Positions 9,598-18,888 of a stretch of 64,000 nucleotides of DNA are shown here, piece after piece. Position 1 is the first letter of the stretch. Each line of letters starts with the position of its first letter. A program made the translations under genes and the position numbers. The notes below the pieces were generated by a model. That model worked only from the letters and a program-made list of their open reading frames with translations, ran no database searches and had not been told where the DNA came from. Origin of the DNA: a virus (Duplodnaviria > Caudoviricetes); the IMG/VR virus record IMGVR_UViG_3300032327_000953, positions 174,136 to 238,135 of that record. One strand, 5' to 3'.

Positions 9598-10218
9598 TTA
9601 TTCAGATTCCTTATTTAAGTTTACAATTTTTCTATGACTATATTGTTCTGTCAATTTAGAGATTTCTTCGTCTGGTAAATCAACTAGATATAGATTTTCT
9701 TTATTATTATCGTTAGTATTTCTGATATAAATACCATAATCATATCTTATACAAAAAGGAATTAGACCTTCGTACATTGATAAGAATTTTTCATTTGTTA
9801 GATCGTTTTGAATATGTATCTCATACTCATTTCCCATCACTGGTCCTTGTGAGGCTTGAAATGGTACGGCAATTAATAATTCACAATGTTTTAATCTATC
9901 TAGAACCTTTAAAGAATCAGCATAGAACATATGTTCAACAACATCGCCAAGAATAGCAAAAGTATAATCATTTAAATAGATATCACTAGTAATGATATTA
10001 TCAATATAAACTGATCTATATTTTAGTTTTAATTGATATCCATCAACATAATTTTGAAAAACTTCGATAGCATCAATATTTTCATAACCTAATGGCCTTA
10101 ACATATCAGCATATGTGCCTAGACCAGCACCAATATCAATAATATTAGCTGACTTATCAATGCGTCTTACTATATAATCTTTAGTTTGTTCTTTAAAAAT
10201 TGGCGTACTAGTTGGCAT
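9598..10218 (-). CDS. class I SAM-dependent methyltransferase
   Basis: IIDIGAGLG motif I, AIEVF, GDVVEHM. Confidence 0.85.
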   Translation of the reverse strand: MPTSTPIFKEQTKDYIVRRIDKSANIIDIGAGLGTYADMLRPLGYENIDAIEVFQNYVDGYQLKLKYRSVYIDNIITSDIYLNDYTFAILGDVVEHMFYADSLKVLDRLKHCELLIAVPFQASQGPVMGNEYEIHIQNDLTNEKFLSMYEGLIPFCIRYDYGIYIRNTNDNNKENLYLVDLPDEEISKLTEQYSHRKIVNLNKESE

Positions 10219-11858
10219 TAGTTCTCCTTACGTTCTTTATCACCATAAAAATAAACTCTATTATGTGTTATTGGACTAGCTAAAAGAATAGCTGGTTTAA
10301 CTTCTTCATTTTTGGTTAAAGTATAGATGTGACTCATCCATGTTTGTTCATAAGGATATTGCCACTTAGTATCAAGAAACATTTTTTTATTGCCTTCTTG
10401 GGTTACTATCTGTGGCCAATTAGAATAAAAGATTTCTCCTTCGGCATATGGTATCTTTTCAAAAGTTTTTATATTTGTGAATTTAGTAAATGGTTTTTTA
10501 TTGATCGATCCAAAATATTCTTCTTTTCTTGGATTGGGAACATTATGCCATGCCCACTGCTCTCCATTATGACCATAAAATTCACTAAAAGTTAATTTGA
10601 GATAATCATAGTATTCTTTATTCATTAATTTAATAATGTTCTCATAAAAATTAGGAACTAGTTTATTAAATCCAAAATTACATTTCATATTAGATAAATC
10701 TAACAACATATCATCTTCAAAAAACATCATATACTTAGCGCCAGACTCTTCAAAATGTTCGGCAGCAAATTGTCTTGCTCCACAAACTCCAAGATTGCCC
10801 TTCTTAATCTGTGTAAAGTTATGTTTATCGGCTATTAAATCATATTGAGGCATTAATGTATCAACAGTGCTATTGTTGATCAAATAAATTTTTGTTGCAG
10901 AAAGGAATCTATTGTCGTGGGTCTCAAATGAACTAATTAATAGTTTCAACTGCTCTGGAGTATTAAACGTATTAATATACAGGATAACGTCATCATTTTT
11001 GTATGATTTGAGTGGTTTATTTGCTTCTATATCATAGTTTTTAAGATATTCAAAGAATGTACCAAGAAGACCATTATCCTCAATCATCTTTATTTCGTAT
11101 GTTTCTGGGTCATTGTAGGTCATTAGAGTAAATATGCTCTCTTCAGTACCCATGTATCCCATTTCTAATGAATCTTTTAATAGATTATAGTATAGTTCAT
11201 TAGCTTGAGAAATAAAATCAACATGACCTCCAAAGAAACCACCTCTTGCAACTCTATTAACTTTTTCTTTGGCAAATTTATTCATTCCTTCGATATTAAA
11301 GCCATGTATTTCTGACGTTGTTTCGTATGGAAAACAAATGAATAGAAATTTATTGACAATATATTTGATTTTTTCTAATACATTATCATGACTAAAATAA
11401 CCAGGATGTATGGTATTTGTTATTCCTCCATCAATCCAGAAATAATAATTGTCATTAAATGGATTAAAACACTTAGCATTATGAAGTAAGAACATTTTAC
11501 TCATAACCATAGGATTATACCACTCTAAACATCCTTGGGTACTATCTTTTAACCACCCAACTTGATCAAACCATTCTGGACTAGTCCTAATAGATTGAAT
11601 TTTATCAAAAAATGGGAAAAAACTACCCTTAAAATTCTCTTTTGGATGATGTATAATTCTTGTATTGTGTTTTTCTCTTATCTCCCATATCATACTTTCT
11701 AAGCTTGGATCAACAAAAATACACATATTAGTGTCTTTTGCAGAGATTAGCAGCTTCTTAAAGTTTTCTATGTAGTGATCAAATGATCTACTCCACCCAT
11801 CAGAGGCAGATTCCCTCTTGAGATCCCATATACCAGTAACTAGTGTAATGTCATGCAT
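10218..11858 (-). CDS. HtrL-family / GT2-like glycosyltransferase fusion
   Basis: ITLVTGIWD, YFWIDGG, GGFFGG, TEESIFT in N-half; GNLGVCGARQ and MFFEDDM (DxD-like) in C-half. Confidence 0.75.
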   Translation of the reverse strand: MHDITLVTGIWDLKRESASDGWSRSFDHYIENFKKLLISAKDTNMCIFVDPSLESMIWEIREKHNTRIIHHPKENFKGSFFPFFDKIQSIRTSPEWFDQVGWLKDSTQGCLEWYNPMVMSKMFLLHNAKCFNPFNDNYYFWIDGGITNTIHPGYFSHDNVLEKIKYIVNKFLFICFPYETTSEIHGFNIEGMNKFAKEKVNRVARGGFFGGHVDFISQANELYYNLLKDSLEMGYMGTEESIFTLMTYNDPETYEIKMIEDNGLLGTFFEYLKNYDIEANKPLKSYKNDDVILYINTFNTPEQLKLLISSFETHDNRFLSATKIYLINNSTVDTLMPQYDLIADKHNFTQIKKGNLGVCGARQFAAEHFEESGAKYMMFFEDDMLLDLSNMKCNFGFNKLVPNFYENIIKLMNKEYYDYLKLTFSEFYGHNGEQWAWHNVPNPRKEEYFGSINKKPFTKFTNIKTFEKIPYAEGEIFYSNWPQIVTQEGNKKMFLDTKWQYPYEQTWMSHIYTLTKNEEVKPAILLASPITHNRVYFYGDKERKEN

Positions 11859-11946
11859 TGTATTAAGAGATTATAAGTCACGGACCTGCATAATAATTAG
11901 TACTTACCACTATTGAGGTCAAGTTTAGAAAATTTTGTTTTTCAAC

Positions 11947-11974
11947 TTGACACGAAACTGGGTTTGGTGATAAT
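11947..11974 (+). promoter_or_regulatory. sigma70-type promoter (TTGACA-N16-GATAAT)
   Basis: In the gap between the minus-strand block and the 12007 operon. Confidence 0.6.
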
Positions 11975-12006
11975 AATGTCAAGTCAGTTTTTGAGCGAGA
12001 ACCGAA

Positions 12007-12201
12007 ATGTTTGATGAAAATAAAAAAGAAAATCGAAGAAAAAATTTAAATACCAAAAAGAAGAAGGACAACTCAAAGAAACGTTTTCAAGATTTTAGTG
12101 AAGACGCATCTTTTGGGGATGGCCATAATATTAGATATCAAAAGAATAATATTAAGGCAGATGAAATATGGGAAGAATGGAATAATAGAGAAGAAGAATA
12201 A
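12007..12201 (+). CDS. small charged hypothetical protein
   Basis: 64-aa ORF after promoter, coupled TAATG to next gene. Confidence 0.7.
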   Translation: MFDENKKENRRKNLNTKKKKDNSKKRFQDFSEDASFGDGHNIRYQKNNIKADEIWEEWNNREEE

Positions 12202-12950
12202 TGGACGGTGATGGTCTATCGTTAGTTTTTTCCGTAATGAATAGAACTAATGTTCTCATTCAAAGTATACCATCATGGTTAAAAAGTAAATCATTTGACG
12301 AATTGATTATCGTCGATTGGTCTTCAACAATCCCCATATATAATGATCCAATAGTTAAAGATATTATCAAAGATGATAGAATAAAGATTATCAGAGTAGA
12401 AAATGAAAAATCCTTTATTTCTCCATCTTTTCCTCTTAATCTTGGTATTTCAAAAGCATTAAATGAGAATATTATCAAATTAGATATAGATTATCAACTT
12501 ATTAATTTAGAACTATTTGATTTCATAAACACAATAAAGCCACTACTTAAAAAATCTTTTTTTGTCACAGACTCACCATTTTGCAAGACAACGATATCCA
12601 TTATTGGATTCATTTTGTTAAATAAGTATCATTTCCTTTATGTGAATGGATACAATGAAAATTTAAAGGGTTGGGGTTTTGAGGATCTTGATCTGTATCA
12701 AAGACTCGAATCATTAATAGCAAAAAATATACTAACAGATCTTGATGATTATATTTTTCACATTCCTCACGACGATTCCTTAAGAATAGCAAACTATGTT
12801 GACAAACAGACTCCAATCGGTGATAATGAAAGAATGAACAGATCCAGAGCAAAAGCTTTCCCTCCGACAAAACTATCAGAATATAAAACTATTGATACCA
12901 TTTATTGTAATAATAAAGTAAAATACGAATTAGTTGAAAGAATTAGATAA
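12201..12950 (+). CDS. glycosyltransferase (GT2/GT7 galactosyltransferase-like)
   Basis: IIVDWSS, KLDIDY, NGYNENLKGWGFEDLDLYQRL. Confidence 0.85.
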   Translation: MDGDGLSLVFSVMNRTNVLIQSIPSWLKSKSFDELIIVDWSSTIPIYNDPIVKDIIKDDRIKIIRVENEKSFISPSFPLNLGISKALNENIIKLDIDYQLINLELFDFINTIKPLLKKSFFVTDSPFCKTTISIIGFILLNKYHFLYVNGYNENLKGWGFEDLDLYQRLESLIAKNILTDLDDYIFHIPHDDSLRIANYVDKQTPIGDNERMNRSRAKAFPPTKLSEYKTIDTIYCNNKVKYELVERIR

Positions 12951-12951
12951 T

Positions 12952-13197
12952 ATGCTATATAAAGTTATCACATTTTTTAAATCCCTCTATTTTCATATTG
13001 GTGCTGGTTTACCAAAGACCTCTCAAGAGGATATAGACTTTAGGTATAGTATTTGTCTTGGTTGCGATCAATTTAACAGCAAAAAATCAGAATGCTATGT
13101 TTGTGGATGTAATATCAATCAAAAAAGAATATTCATGAATAAGTTGGCGTGGGCAGACCAAGAATGTCCTTTACACAAGTGGAAAAAAACAGTTTAA
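12952..13197 (+). CDS. small Cys-rich Zn-binding protein
   Basis: RYSICLGC...CYVCGC...CPLHKW. Confidence 0.75.
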   Translation: MLYKVITFFKSLYFHIGAGLPKTSQEDIDFRYSICLGCDQFNSKKSECYVCGCNINQKRIFMNKLAWADQECPLHKWKKTV

Positions 13198-13208
13198 AGG
13201 TTTTAATT

Positions 13209-13772
13209 ATGCCATATACACAAGACGGAAAAAACAATACTTTTACTCTACATACAAATAGAGATATTTTTGAATCTGTGAGAACCAGAGTTCTTGCTGA
13301 TCAAACGGGTTCGTCCGTAATTATCCCCCATGTTTGCAACAATATTAATCTTTTTGGTGCTGGATTTGCCGATGCCCTAGCAGATAAATATCCAGAGACT
13401 AAAGAAAATTATCATTTACTAGGAAATTCTTTTCTAAGAAATAATCTGGGATATGTTCAATTTATAGAAGTGTCCAAGAACCAAAAATATGGACATAAAT
13501 TAATTGTAGCAAATATGATAGCACAAAACGGTATTAAAAAAGCTAATAATCCCAGACCTTTAAATTATATTGCTCTGGGAAAATGTATGCTTAATGTATC
13601 GGTTTATGCTAGAGCTTTAAAGACAGCAGCAAAAGAGAGTCATTCATCATGCGAGATTCATGCTCCCAAGTTTGGATCTGGTTTAGCTGGAGGAAATTGG
13701 AACTTCATCTCAGACATGATAGATGACGCTTGGAAAGACTTTAATGTTTTTGTATATCAACACCATAAATAA
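13209..13772 (+). CDS. macrodomain protein (ADP-ribose binding/hydrolase, Poa1p/TARG1-like)
   Basis: IPHVCNN..FGAGFADAL..KYP, VANMIAQ, IHAPKFGSGLAGGNW. Confidence 0.82.
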   Translation: MPYTQDGKNNTFTLHTNRDIFESVRTRVLADQTGSSVIIPHVCNNINLFGAGFADALADKYPETKENYHLLGNSFLRNNLGYVQFIEVSKNQKYGHKLIVANMIAQNGIKKANNPRPLNYIALGKCMLNVSVYARALKTAAKESHSSCEIHAPKFGSGLAGGNWNFISDMIDDAWKDFNVFVYQHHK

Positions 13773-13774
13773 TC

Positions 13775-14083
13775 ATGACAAATAAAGATTTTAAAAAGTT
13801 TTTGAAGTGGATGAAAAACAGACTCATACATAAATATGGTGAGACTGATCAAGAAGTTATCTTTCTATTCAATTGTTTGATCAATAATCACTTTTTCTTG
13901 ATTGATCATGAAATAAAAGAGCCAGATTTAACAAACATATGTAGAAAATACTATGCGGACTACGACTACGAAAGGGACGTTGACTCCGTGATCCGTCTTG
14001 GCTATACTAATGAAGAACGTGATGAGATTCGTGGTTTCATCAACGAATTGAGCAAAGATCTTTTGGAGACATATAATCAATGA
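13775..14083 (+). CDS. hypothetical protein
   Basis: ORF packing. Confidence 0.7.
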   Translation: MTNKDFKKFLKWMKNRLIHKYGETDQEVIFLFNCLINNHFFLIDHEIKEPDLTNICRKYYADYDYERDVDSVIRLGYTNEERDEIRGFINELSKDLLETYNQ

Positions 14084-14232
14084 TCCTATTTCTTGCATTT
14101 TTTTTAGCAATTATTGTTGGTGTGATGCAAGGTGTGGTTGAAATGGGTGAAATTCACGCTGGTAAAAAACCCGGCGTAAGAGAATCTGAAAATTTATTGG
14201 ATTTTATGCTTAACGGTGATAAGAGGAAATGA
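14080..14232 (+). CDS. 50-aa membrane peptide (not in supplied ORF track)
   Basis: MILFLAFFLAIIVGVMQG...KRK*; ATGA overlaps at both ends fill the gap exactly. Confidence 0.7.
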   Translation: MILFLAFFLAIIVGVMQGVVEMGEIHAGKKPGVRESENLLDFMLNGDKRK

Positions 14233-14759
14233 ATAGACTTAAAGATCAAAGAGTGTATCTCGCTGGCGCTATGGATCGCGTTGCAGATAGGGGAAGTACT
14301 TGGAGAGACAATATCACCCCATTTCTAGAAGAGATGGGTATTATTGTATTTAATCCAATAACTAAACCAACAACAACAGGTATGGAGGACCATGATTCTC
14401 ATATGATCAAAACCAAATTAAAAGGTTCTGAAAGATATGACGAATTAGCTGAGATGATGAAAGTTATCAGAAGGGTAGACCTTAGATTGGTTGATATTAG
14501 TGATTTTCTAATAGTAAATCTTAATCTAGATATTCATCCTTGTGGTACATACGAAGAAATTTTTTGGGCCAATAGACAAAAGAAACCAATCGTTGTTCAT
14601 ATGGAACAGGGCAAAATAAATGCTCCGGATTGGTTGTTTGGAACTATACCCCATCAAACTATCTTCTCTTCTTGGACAGATATTAAAGAATACTTATCTC
14701 ATATTAACTCTTCAGAGAATATAGATACATACAAGAGATGGTACTTTTTTAAGACATAA
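14229..14759 (+). CDS. nucleoside 2-deoxyribosyltransferase-like / nucleotide N-glycosidase
   Basis: VYLAGAM, DLRLVDISDFLIV, GTYEEIFWA..KKP. Confidence 0.8.
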   Translation: MNRLKDQRVYLAGAMDRVADRGSTWRDNITPFLEEMGIIVFNPITKPTTTGMEDHDSHMIKTKLKGSERYDELAEMMKVIRRVDLRLVDISDFLIVNLNLDIHPCGTYEEIFWANRQKKPIVVHMEQGKINAPDWLFGTIPHQTIFSSWTDIKEYLSHINSSENIDTYKRWYFFKT

Positions 14760-14761
14760 CA

Positions 14762-15499
14762 ATGCCAAGAAAATTAACCATAACATTAACTTGCTCAAAT
14801 AGAGCAGATTATCTCAAGGAAGTTATAGATACTATCAGAGATGCAGACAAGACAGATATAGAAATTCTGTTCTTGCCATCTATTGACTATAAATCTCAAA
14901 AGGTTGTTGATATTATCAGTAATGTAGACTTTATTGAGAAAGATATTTATATACATAATCCAAGATTAGGATGTAATCAGAATACTCTTTTTGCTATCAA
15001 TAGAGGTATTCGATATGGTTTCTCAGACTATGTTTTACATTTAGAAGATGATACTCCAATATCAAAAGATGCTCTTCAATACTTCATGTATTGTTTCAAG
15101 AAGTATGATGATGATAAAAATATTCTTAGTGTTGGTGGATATAATAAAACAGAAGACTTTGATGAATCAGAAATATATGAAATATTCACACAAAACTTTT
15201 TCTCCGCATGGGGTTGCGGATTTTGGAAAAGCAAGTGGGATATTTTTGTTAAAAATTGGTCAAAATCTAATAGTAACTTTGATATGTCTTGGGATTCATA
15301 TATACATGAGATACTCTTTGTAAAAGAGTTATTCCATCAAGCCAGACCCAAGATTTCTCGTATTCAAAATATTGGTGCTCTTAATGGTACTTGGGTTCAA
15401 GATCCAGTTTGGCACTACTATAATCATAGATCTCCATATTTATCAAATGACTTTGAAGGAAATATAGACTGGATTCAATATGCAAAAAATAATCAATGA
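14762..15499 (+). CDS. GT-A fold glycosyltransferase
   Basis: TCSNRADYL, LHLEDD, SAWGCGFW, SWD, RIQNIG. Confidence 0.75.
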   Translation: MPRKLTITLTCSNRADYLKEVIDTIRDADKTDIEILFLPSIDYKSQKVVDIISNVDFIEKDIYIHNPRLGCNQNTLFAINRGIRYGFSDYVLHLEDDTPISKDALQYFMYCFKKYDDDKNILSVGGYNKTEDFDESEIYEIFTQNFFSAWGCGFWKSKWDIFVKNWSKSNSNFDMSWDSYIHEILFVKELFHQARPKISRIQNIGALNGTWVQDPVWHYYNHRSPYLSNDFEGNIDWIQYAKNNQ

Positions 15500-16622
15500 A
15501 CTCAAACTAGATTTTGACGATGTACTTATCAAGCCAAAGAGGTCAAAATTAGGTAGTAGATCAGAGGTTAGTCTACAAAGAGATTTTAAATTTTTATATT
15601 CCACAAGATCATTATCATGTACTCCCATCATCGCCGCCAACATGGATACAACTGGTAGCATGAGTATGGCAAGTGTTCTTTCAAAATTCAATGCCATAAC
15701 CTGCCTGCACAAACACTACTCAATTGATCAAATAGTTCAATACTTTTCAACAGATGAAAATCCAAGCTTAAGCTTTTATTCGACAGGAATAAATAAAGCA
15801 GATATAGAAAAACTAACAGAAGTTTTTGATAAGCTAAAATCTAAAAATCTTTACATACCTAATATCTGTATTGATGTAGCTAACGGTTATAGTGATAGAT
15901 TTGTAAAAGTAATCAAAAATATTAGAGATTCCTACCCTGATATTATTATTATGGCTGGAAATGTTGTTACTCCAGAAATGACAGAAGAATTACTAATGCA
16001 CGGATGCGTTGACATAGTTAAGGTTGGTATAGGTTCGGGGTCTGTGTGTACTACCAGATTAAAAACTGGCGTGGGATACCCCCAACTATCCGCTGTGATG
16101 GAGTGTGCAGACGCGGCTCATGGAATAGGTGGTCATATTTGTAGCGACGGAGGTTGCAAAATAGTTGCTGATGTTTGCAAAGCTTTTGGTGGAAATACTG
16201 ATTTTGTTATGCTTGGAAGTATGTTAGCTGGTACAGATTGCTGTGAAGGAGAATGGGAATATGAATATAAATGCGCTAAAGCTGGTATGGCTGGAGAATT
16301 TTGGCAACCTTTTTATCCAGGATATGAAACAGAAAAGCGTAAAATAAATCTTAAATTCTATGGTATGAGTTCAAGAGATGCTATGGAAAAATATCATAAT
16401 GGTGTTGCTAATTATAGAACAAGCGAAGGAAGATCAGTAATAATTCCATATAAGGGAACAACCGAAGAAATTATGCTAGATATTTTAGGTGGACTTCGTA
16501 GCTCTTGCACTTATATAGGAGCATCGAAGATCAAAGACTTCGGCAAGAAAACCACATTCATACAAGTTAATAATACTCATAATAGAGTATATGAAAATAA
16601 TCCAACCAGGAGTGCAAAATGA
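15480..16622 (+). CDS. guaC: GMP reductase
   Basis: LDFDDVLIKPKRS, ANMDTTG, IDVANGYS, KVGIGSGSVCTTR, DGGC, FYGMSS, YRTSEG, GGLRSSCTY. Confidence 0.93.
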   Translation: MQKIINELKLDFDDVLIKPKRSKLGSRSEVSLQRDFKFLYSTRSLSCTPIIAANMDTTGSMSMASVLSKFNAITCLHKHYSIDQIVQYFSTDENPSLSFYSTGINKADIEKLTEVFDKLKSKNLYIPNICIDVANGYSDRFVKVIKNIRDSYPDIIIMAGNVVTPEMTEELLMHGCVDIVKVGIGSGSVCTTRLKTGVGYPQLSAVMECADAAHGIGGHICSDGGCKIVADVCKAFGGNTDFVMLGSMLAGTDCCEGEWEYEYKCAKAGMAGEFWQPFYPGYETEKRKINLKFYGMSSRDAMEKYHNGVANYRTSEGRSVIIPYKGTTEEIMLDILGGLRSSCTYIGASKIKDFGKKTTFIQVNNTHNRVYENNPTRSAK

Positions 16623-17689
16623 AAGTTAATTTCTATAGTCCAATTGGCTATACAGGTTATGGTGTAGCAGGAATGAATCTTTTACGAGCAATATCTACAG
16701 ATAATGAAGTTGCTCTTTTCCCCATTGGACAAATGCATCCAGAGTCTCAAGAAGATTCGGCAGTTTGTTTAAAAGGTTTTGAAAAGCAAGAAACATACGA
16801 CCCAGAGGCACCCTGCGTAAAGATATGGCATCAATTTGATTTGGCAACAAGAATTGGGCGAGGTAAATTCTTTGCATTTCCATTCTTTGAACTTACAGAT
16901 TTAACAAAAAAAGAAATTCATCATTTGAGTAATGCGGATGAGATTATCGTCACATGCGAATGGGGCAAAAAAGTTCTTGAACAAAATGGAATAACTAAAA
17001 AAATACATACTGTTCCTCTGGGTGTTAATACAAAAATTTTTGATCATAGTATTAAATCATCGCTAAAAACTGATGACAAATTTATTTTTATGAATATTGG
17101 TAAGTGGGAAGTAAGAAAGGGACATGACTTACTTATTGATCTATTTAATGAAACATTTAATGAATCAGATAATGTTGAGCTTTGGGTAGCAGCATCTTCT
17201 AGCGAGTTAGCATTTACCCAACAAGAAATTGACAAGTGGCATAATCTATATCAAAATTGTAAACTAAAAAATAAGATCAAAATCTTTCCGAGACTAAATA
17301 CTCAGACCGAGATTGCTCAATTAATGAGTTATGCAGACTGTGGAGTATTTCCAACTCATGCCGAAGGGTGGAATTTGGAACTATTAGAGATGATGGCAAT
17401 GAATAAACCAGTTATAACTACTAATTATTCAGCACATACAGAGTTTTGCACAAAAGACAACTCTTTCCTTGTAGATATTGACGAATTGGAAAGTGCTAAT
17501 GATAATAAATATTTTAATGGATTCGGCAAATGGGCCAAAATAGATACTAAACAGTTGGATCAATTCAAGTACTATATGAGAAAAGTGTATTCAGATAATA
17601 TAAGATCTAATCCAGAAGGTCTTAAAACGGCTAATAATCTATCTTGGGAAAATGCCGGATCAAAACTCATAAAGTGTATATCAAGTTGA
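16619..17689 (+). CDS. GT4 (GT-B) glycosyltransferase
   Basis: IGKWEVRKG, FPTHAEGWNLELLEMMA..KPVITT. Confidence 0.88.
   Translation: MKVNFYSPIGYTGYGVAGMNLLRAISTDNEVALFPIGQMHPESQEDSAVCLKGFEKQETYDPEAPCVKIWHQFDLATRIGRGKFFAFPFFELTDLTKKEIHHLSNADEIIVTCEWGKKVLEQNGITKKIHTVPLGVNTKIFDHSIKSSLKTDDKFIFMNIGKWEVRKGHDLLIDLFNETFNESDNVELWVAASSSELAFTQQEIDKWHNLYQNCKLKNKIKIFPRLNTQTEIAQLMSYADCGVFPTHAEGWNLELLEMMAMNKPVITTNYSAHTEFCTKDNSFLVDIDELESANDNKYFNGFGKWAKIDTKQLDQFKYYMRKVYSDNIRSNPEGLKTANNLSWENAGSKLIKCISS
17673..17680 (+). promoter_or_regulatory. putative late promoter variant AGTGTATA
   Basis: 20 nt upstream of ATG 17701. Confidence 0.45.
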
Positions 17690-17700
17690 AAGGGATCAAT

Positions 17701-18258
17701 ATGCCAATTCCAAAACCAAATAAAGATGAAGATAAGCAAAAATTTGTTGCTCGCTGTATGGGTGACGAAGTAATGAAAAAAGACTACCCAGATTCTAGTC
17801 AAAGAGTAGCTATTTGTCTTGGCCAAACTAAAAAGTCCAAGGGAAATTTAATCAATCAAGTACTAGAAATATTAGGATTTACAGCAAGTTTCGATTGCGA
17901 AGATTGTGGATCTTCAGAAGAAATAAATTCTTCAAATATAATTATTCCTAGTGAAGAAGATTATATTGATGCAGGAGAAGAAACTGAGGATTACGATATC
18001 TCACATATAGTTGCATCAGAATATCAAGGTAAAAAAGTAACTCTTAATAAATACTTTAGAACTCCAGATGGTCCTAAAAAATTTAGTGTTTATGTTAAGA
18101 ATGAAAAAGGTAATGTTGTTAAAGTAAATTTTGGCGATCCAAACATGGAAATCAAAAAAGATATTCCAGCAAGAAGAAAAAGCTTTAGGGCCAGAATGAG
18201 ATGTGATACTCCAGGGCCAAAATGGAAAGCTAGATATTGGGCATGTAAGAGTTGGTAA
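17701..18258 (+). CDS. modular phage hypothetical protein
   Basis: Start MPIPKPNKDEDKQKFVARCM; C-terminal KVNFGDPNM...RKSFRARMRC...ARYWAC module. Confidence 0.8.
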   Translation: MPIPKPNKDEDKQKFVARCMGDEVMKKDYPDSSQRVAICLGQTKKSKGNLINQVLEILGFTASFDCEDCGSSEEINSSNIIIPSEEDYIDAGEETEDYDISHIVASEYQGKKVTLNKYFRTPDGPKKFSVYVKNEKGNVVKVNFGDPNMEIKKDIPARRKSFRARMRCDTPGPKWKARYWACKSW

Positions 18259-18299
18259 TAATTCTAAAAAATAATCCCCTATAAAACGGACTAATAATT

Positions 18300-18857
18300 A
18301 TGACTAAAAGTATACAAGAACTATTAAACGAACAATCTCAAATTGCTAAGGTAGATAATTCAAATGAAACATCTGCGCAAGAAATTACAGGATATACATC
18401 TGATACTGTAATTGAACTTATCAAAAAATCATTAAATATTCACTGGCAGCAAACTACTGTATTAACAGCCCAAGCCGAACATCTTCAAAGATGGGGTTAC
18501 AAGAAACTAGCAGCAATTATCAAAGAAGATGCAATTCAAGAACAAACACATGCTGCAATTAATATTAAAAGACTAGAATTTTTTGATGTTGATTATCAAC
18601 CATTAGTTTTGAATCCTCCAGCTTGGAAGAGACATGATATGGTCGCAATGATAGAATATAATCTCTCTTCTGTAAGAGAAGCGTCAGCAGCTGAAAGAGC
18701 AACAATAGTTGCTGCCAGATCAGTTGGTGATGAAATAACTGCCAATATGTTCATTGAACTACTACAAGGTAGTGAAGACGGTATTGAACTTTACGAAGGT
18801 TTTCTAAAACTTATTGAGCAAATGGGTGTTGATAACTTCCTAACACTACAGGTCTAA
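18300..18857 (+). CDS. bacterioferritin-like protein with degenerate ferroxidase centre
   Basis: WGYKKLA, EQTHA, MIEYNL, LIEQMGVDNFL align to Bfr WGLKRL, EMKHA, MLRSDL, LIQKMGLQNYL. Confidence 0.8.
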   Translation: MTKSIQELLNEQSQIAKVDNSNETSAQEITGYTSDTVIELIKKSLNIHWQQTTVLTAQAEHLQRWGYKKLAAIIKEDAIQEQTHAAINIKRLEFFDVDYQPLVLNPPAWKRHDMVAMIEYNLSSVREASAAERATIVAARSVGDEITANMFIELLQGSEDGIELYEGFLKLIEQMGVDNFLTLQV

Positions 18858-18888
18858 AATAACCTTTCTTAAATAATGGAGATTACTA

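Noticed and set aside
11859-11946. Promoter for the minus-strand block (TTGACC on the - strand)
   Set aside because: No acceptable -10 hexamer at 15-19 bp spacing.
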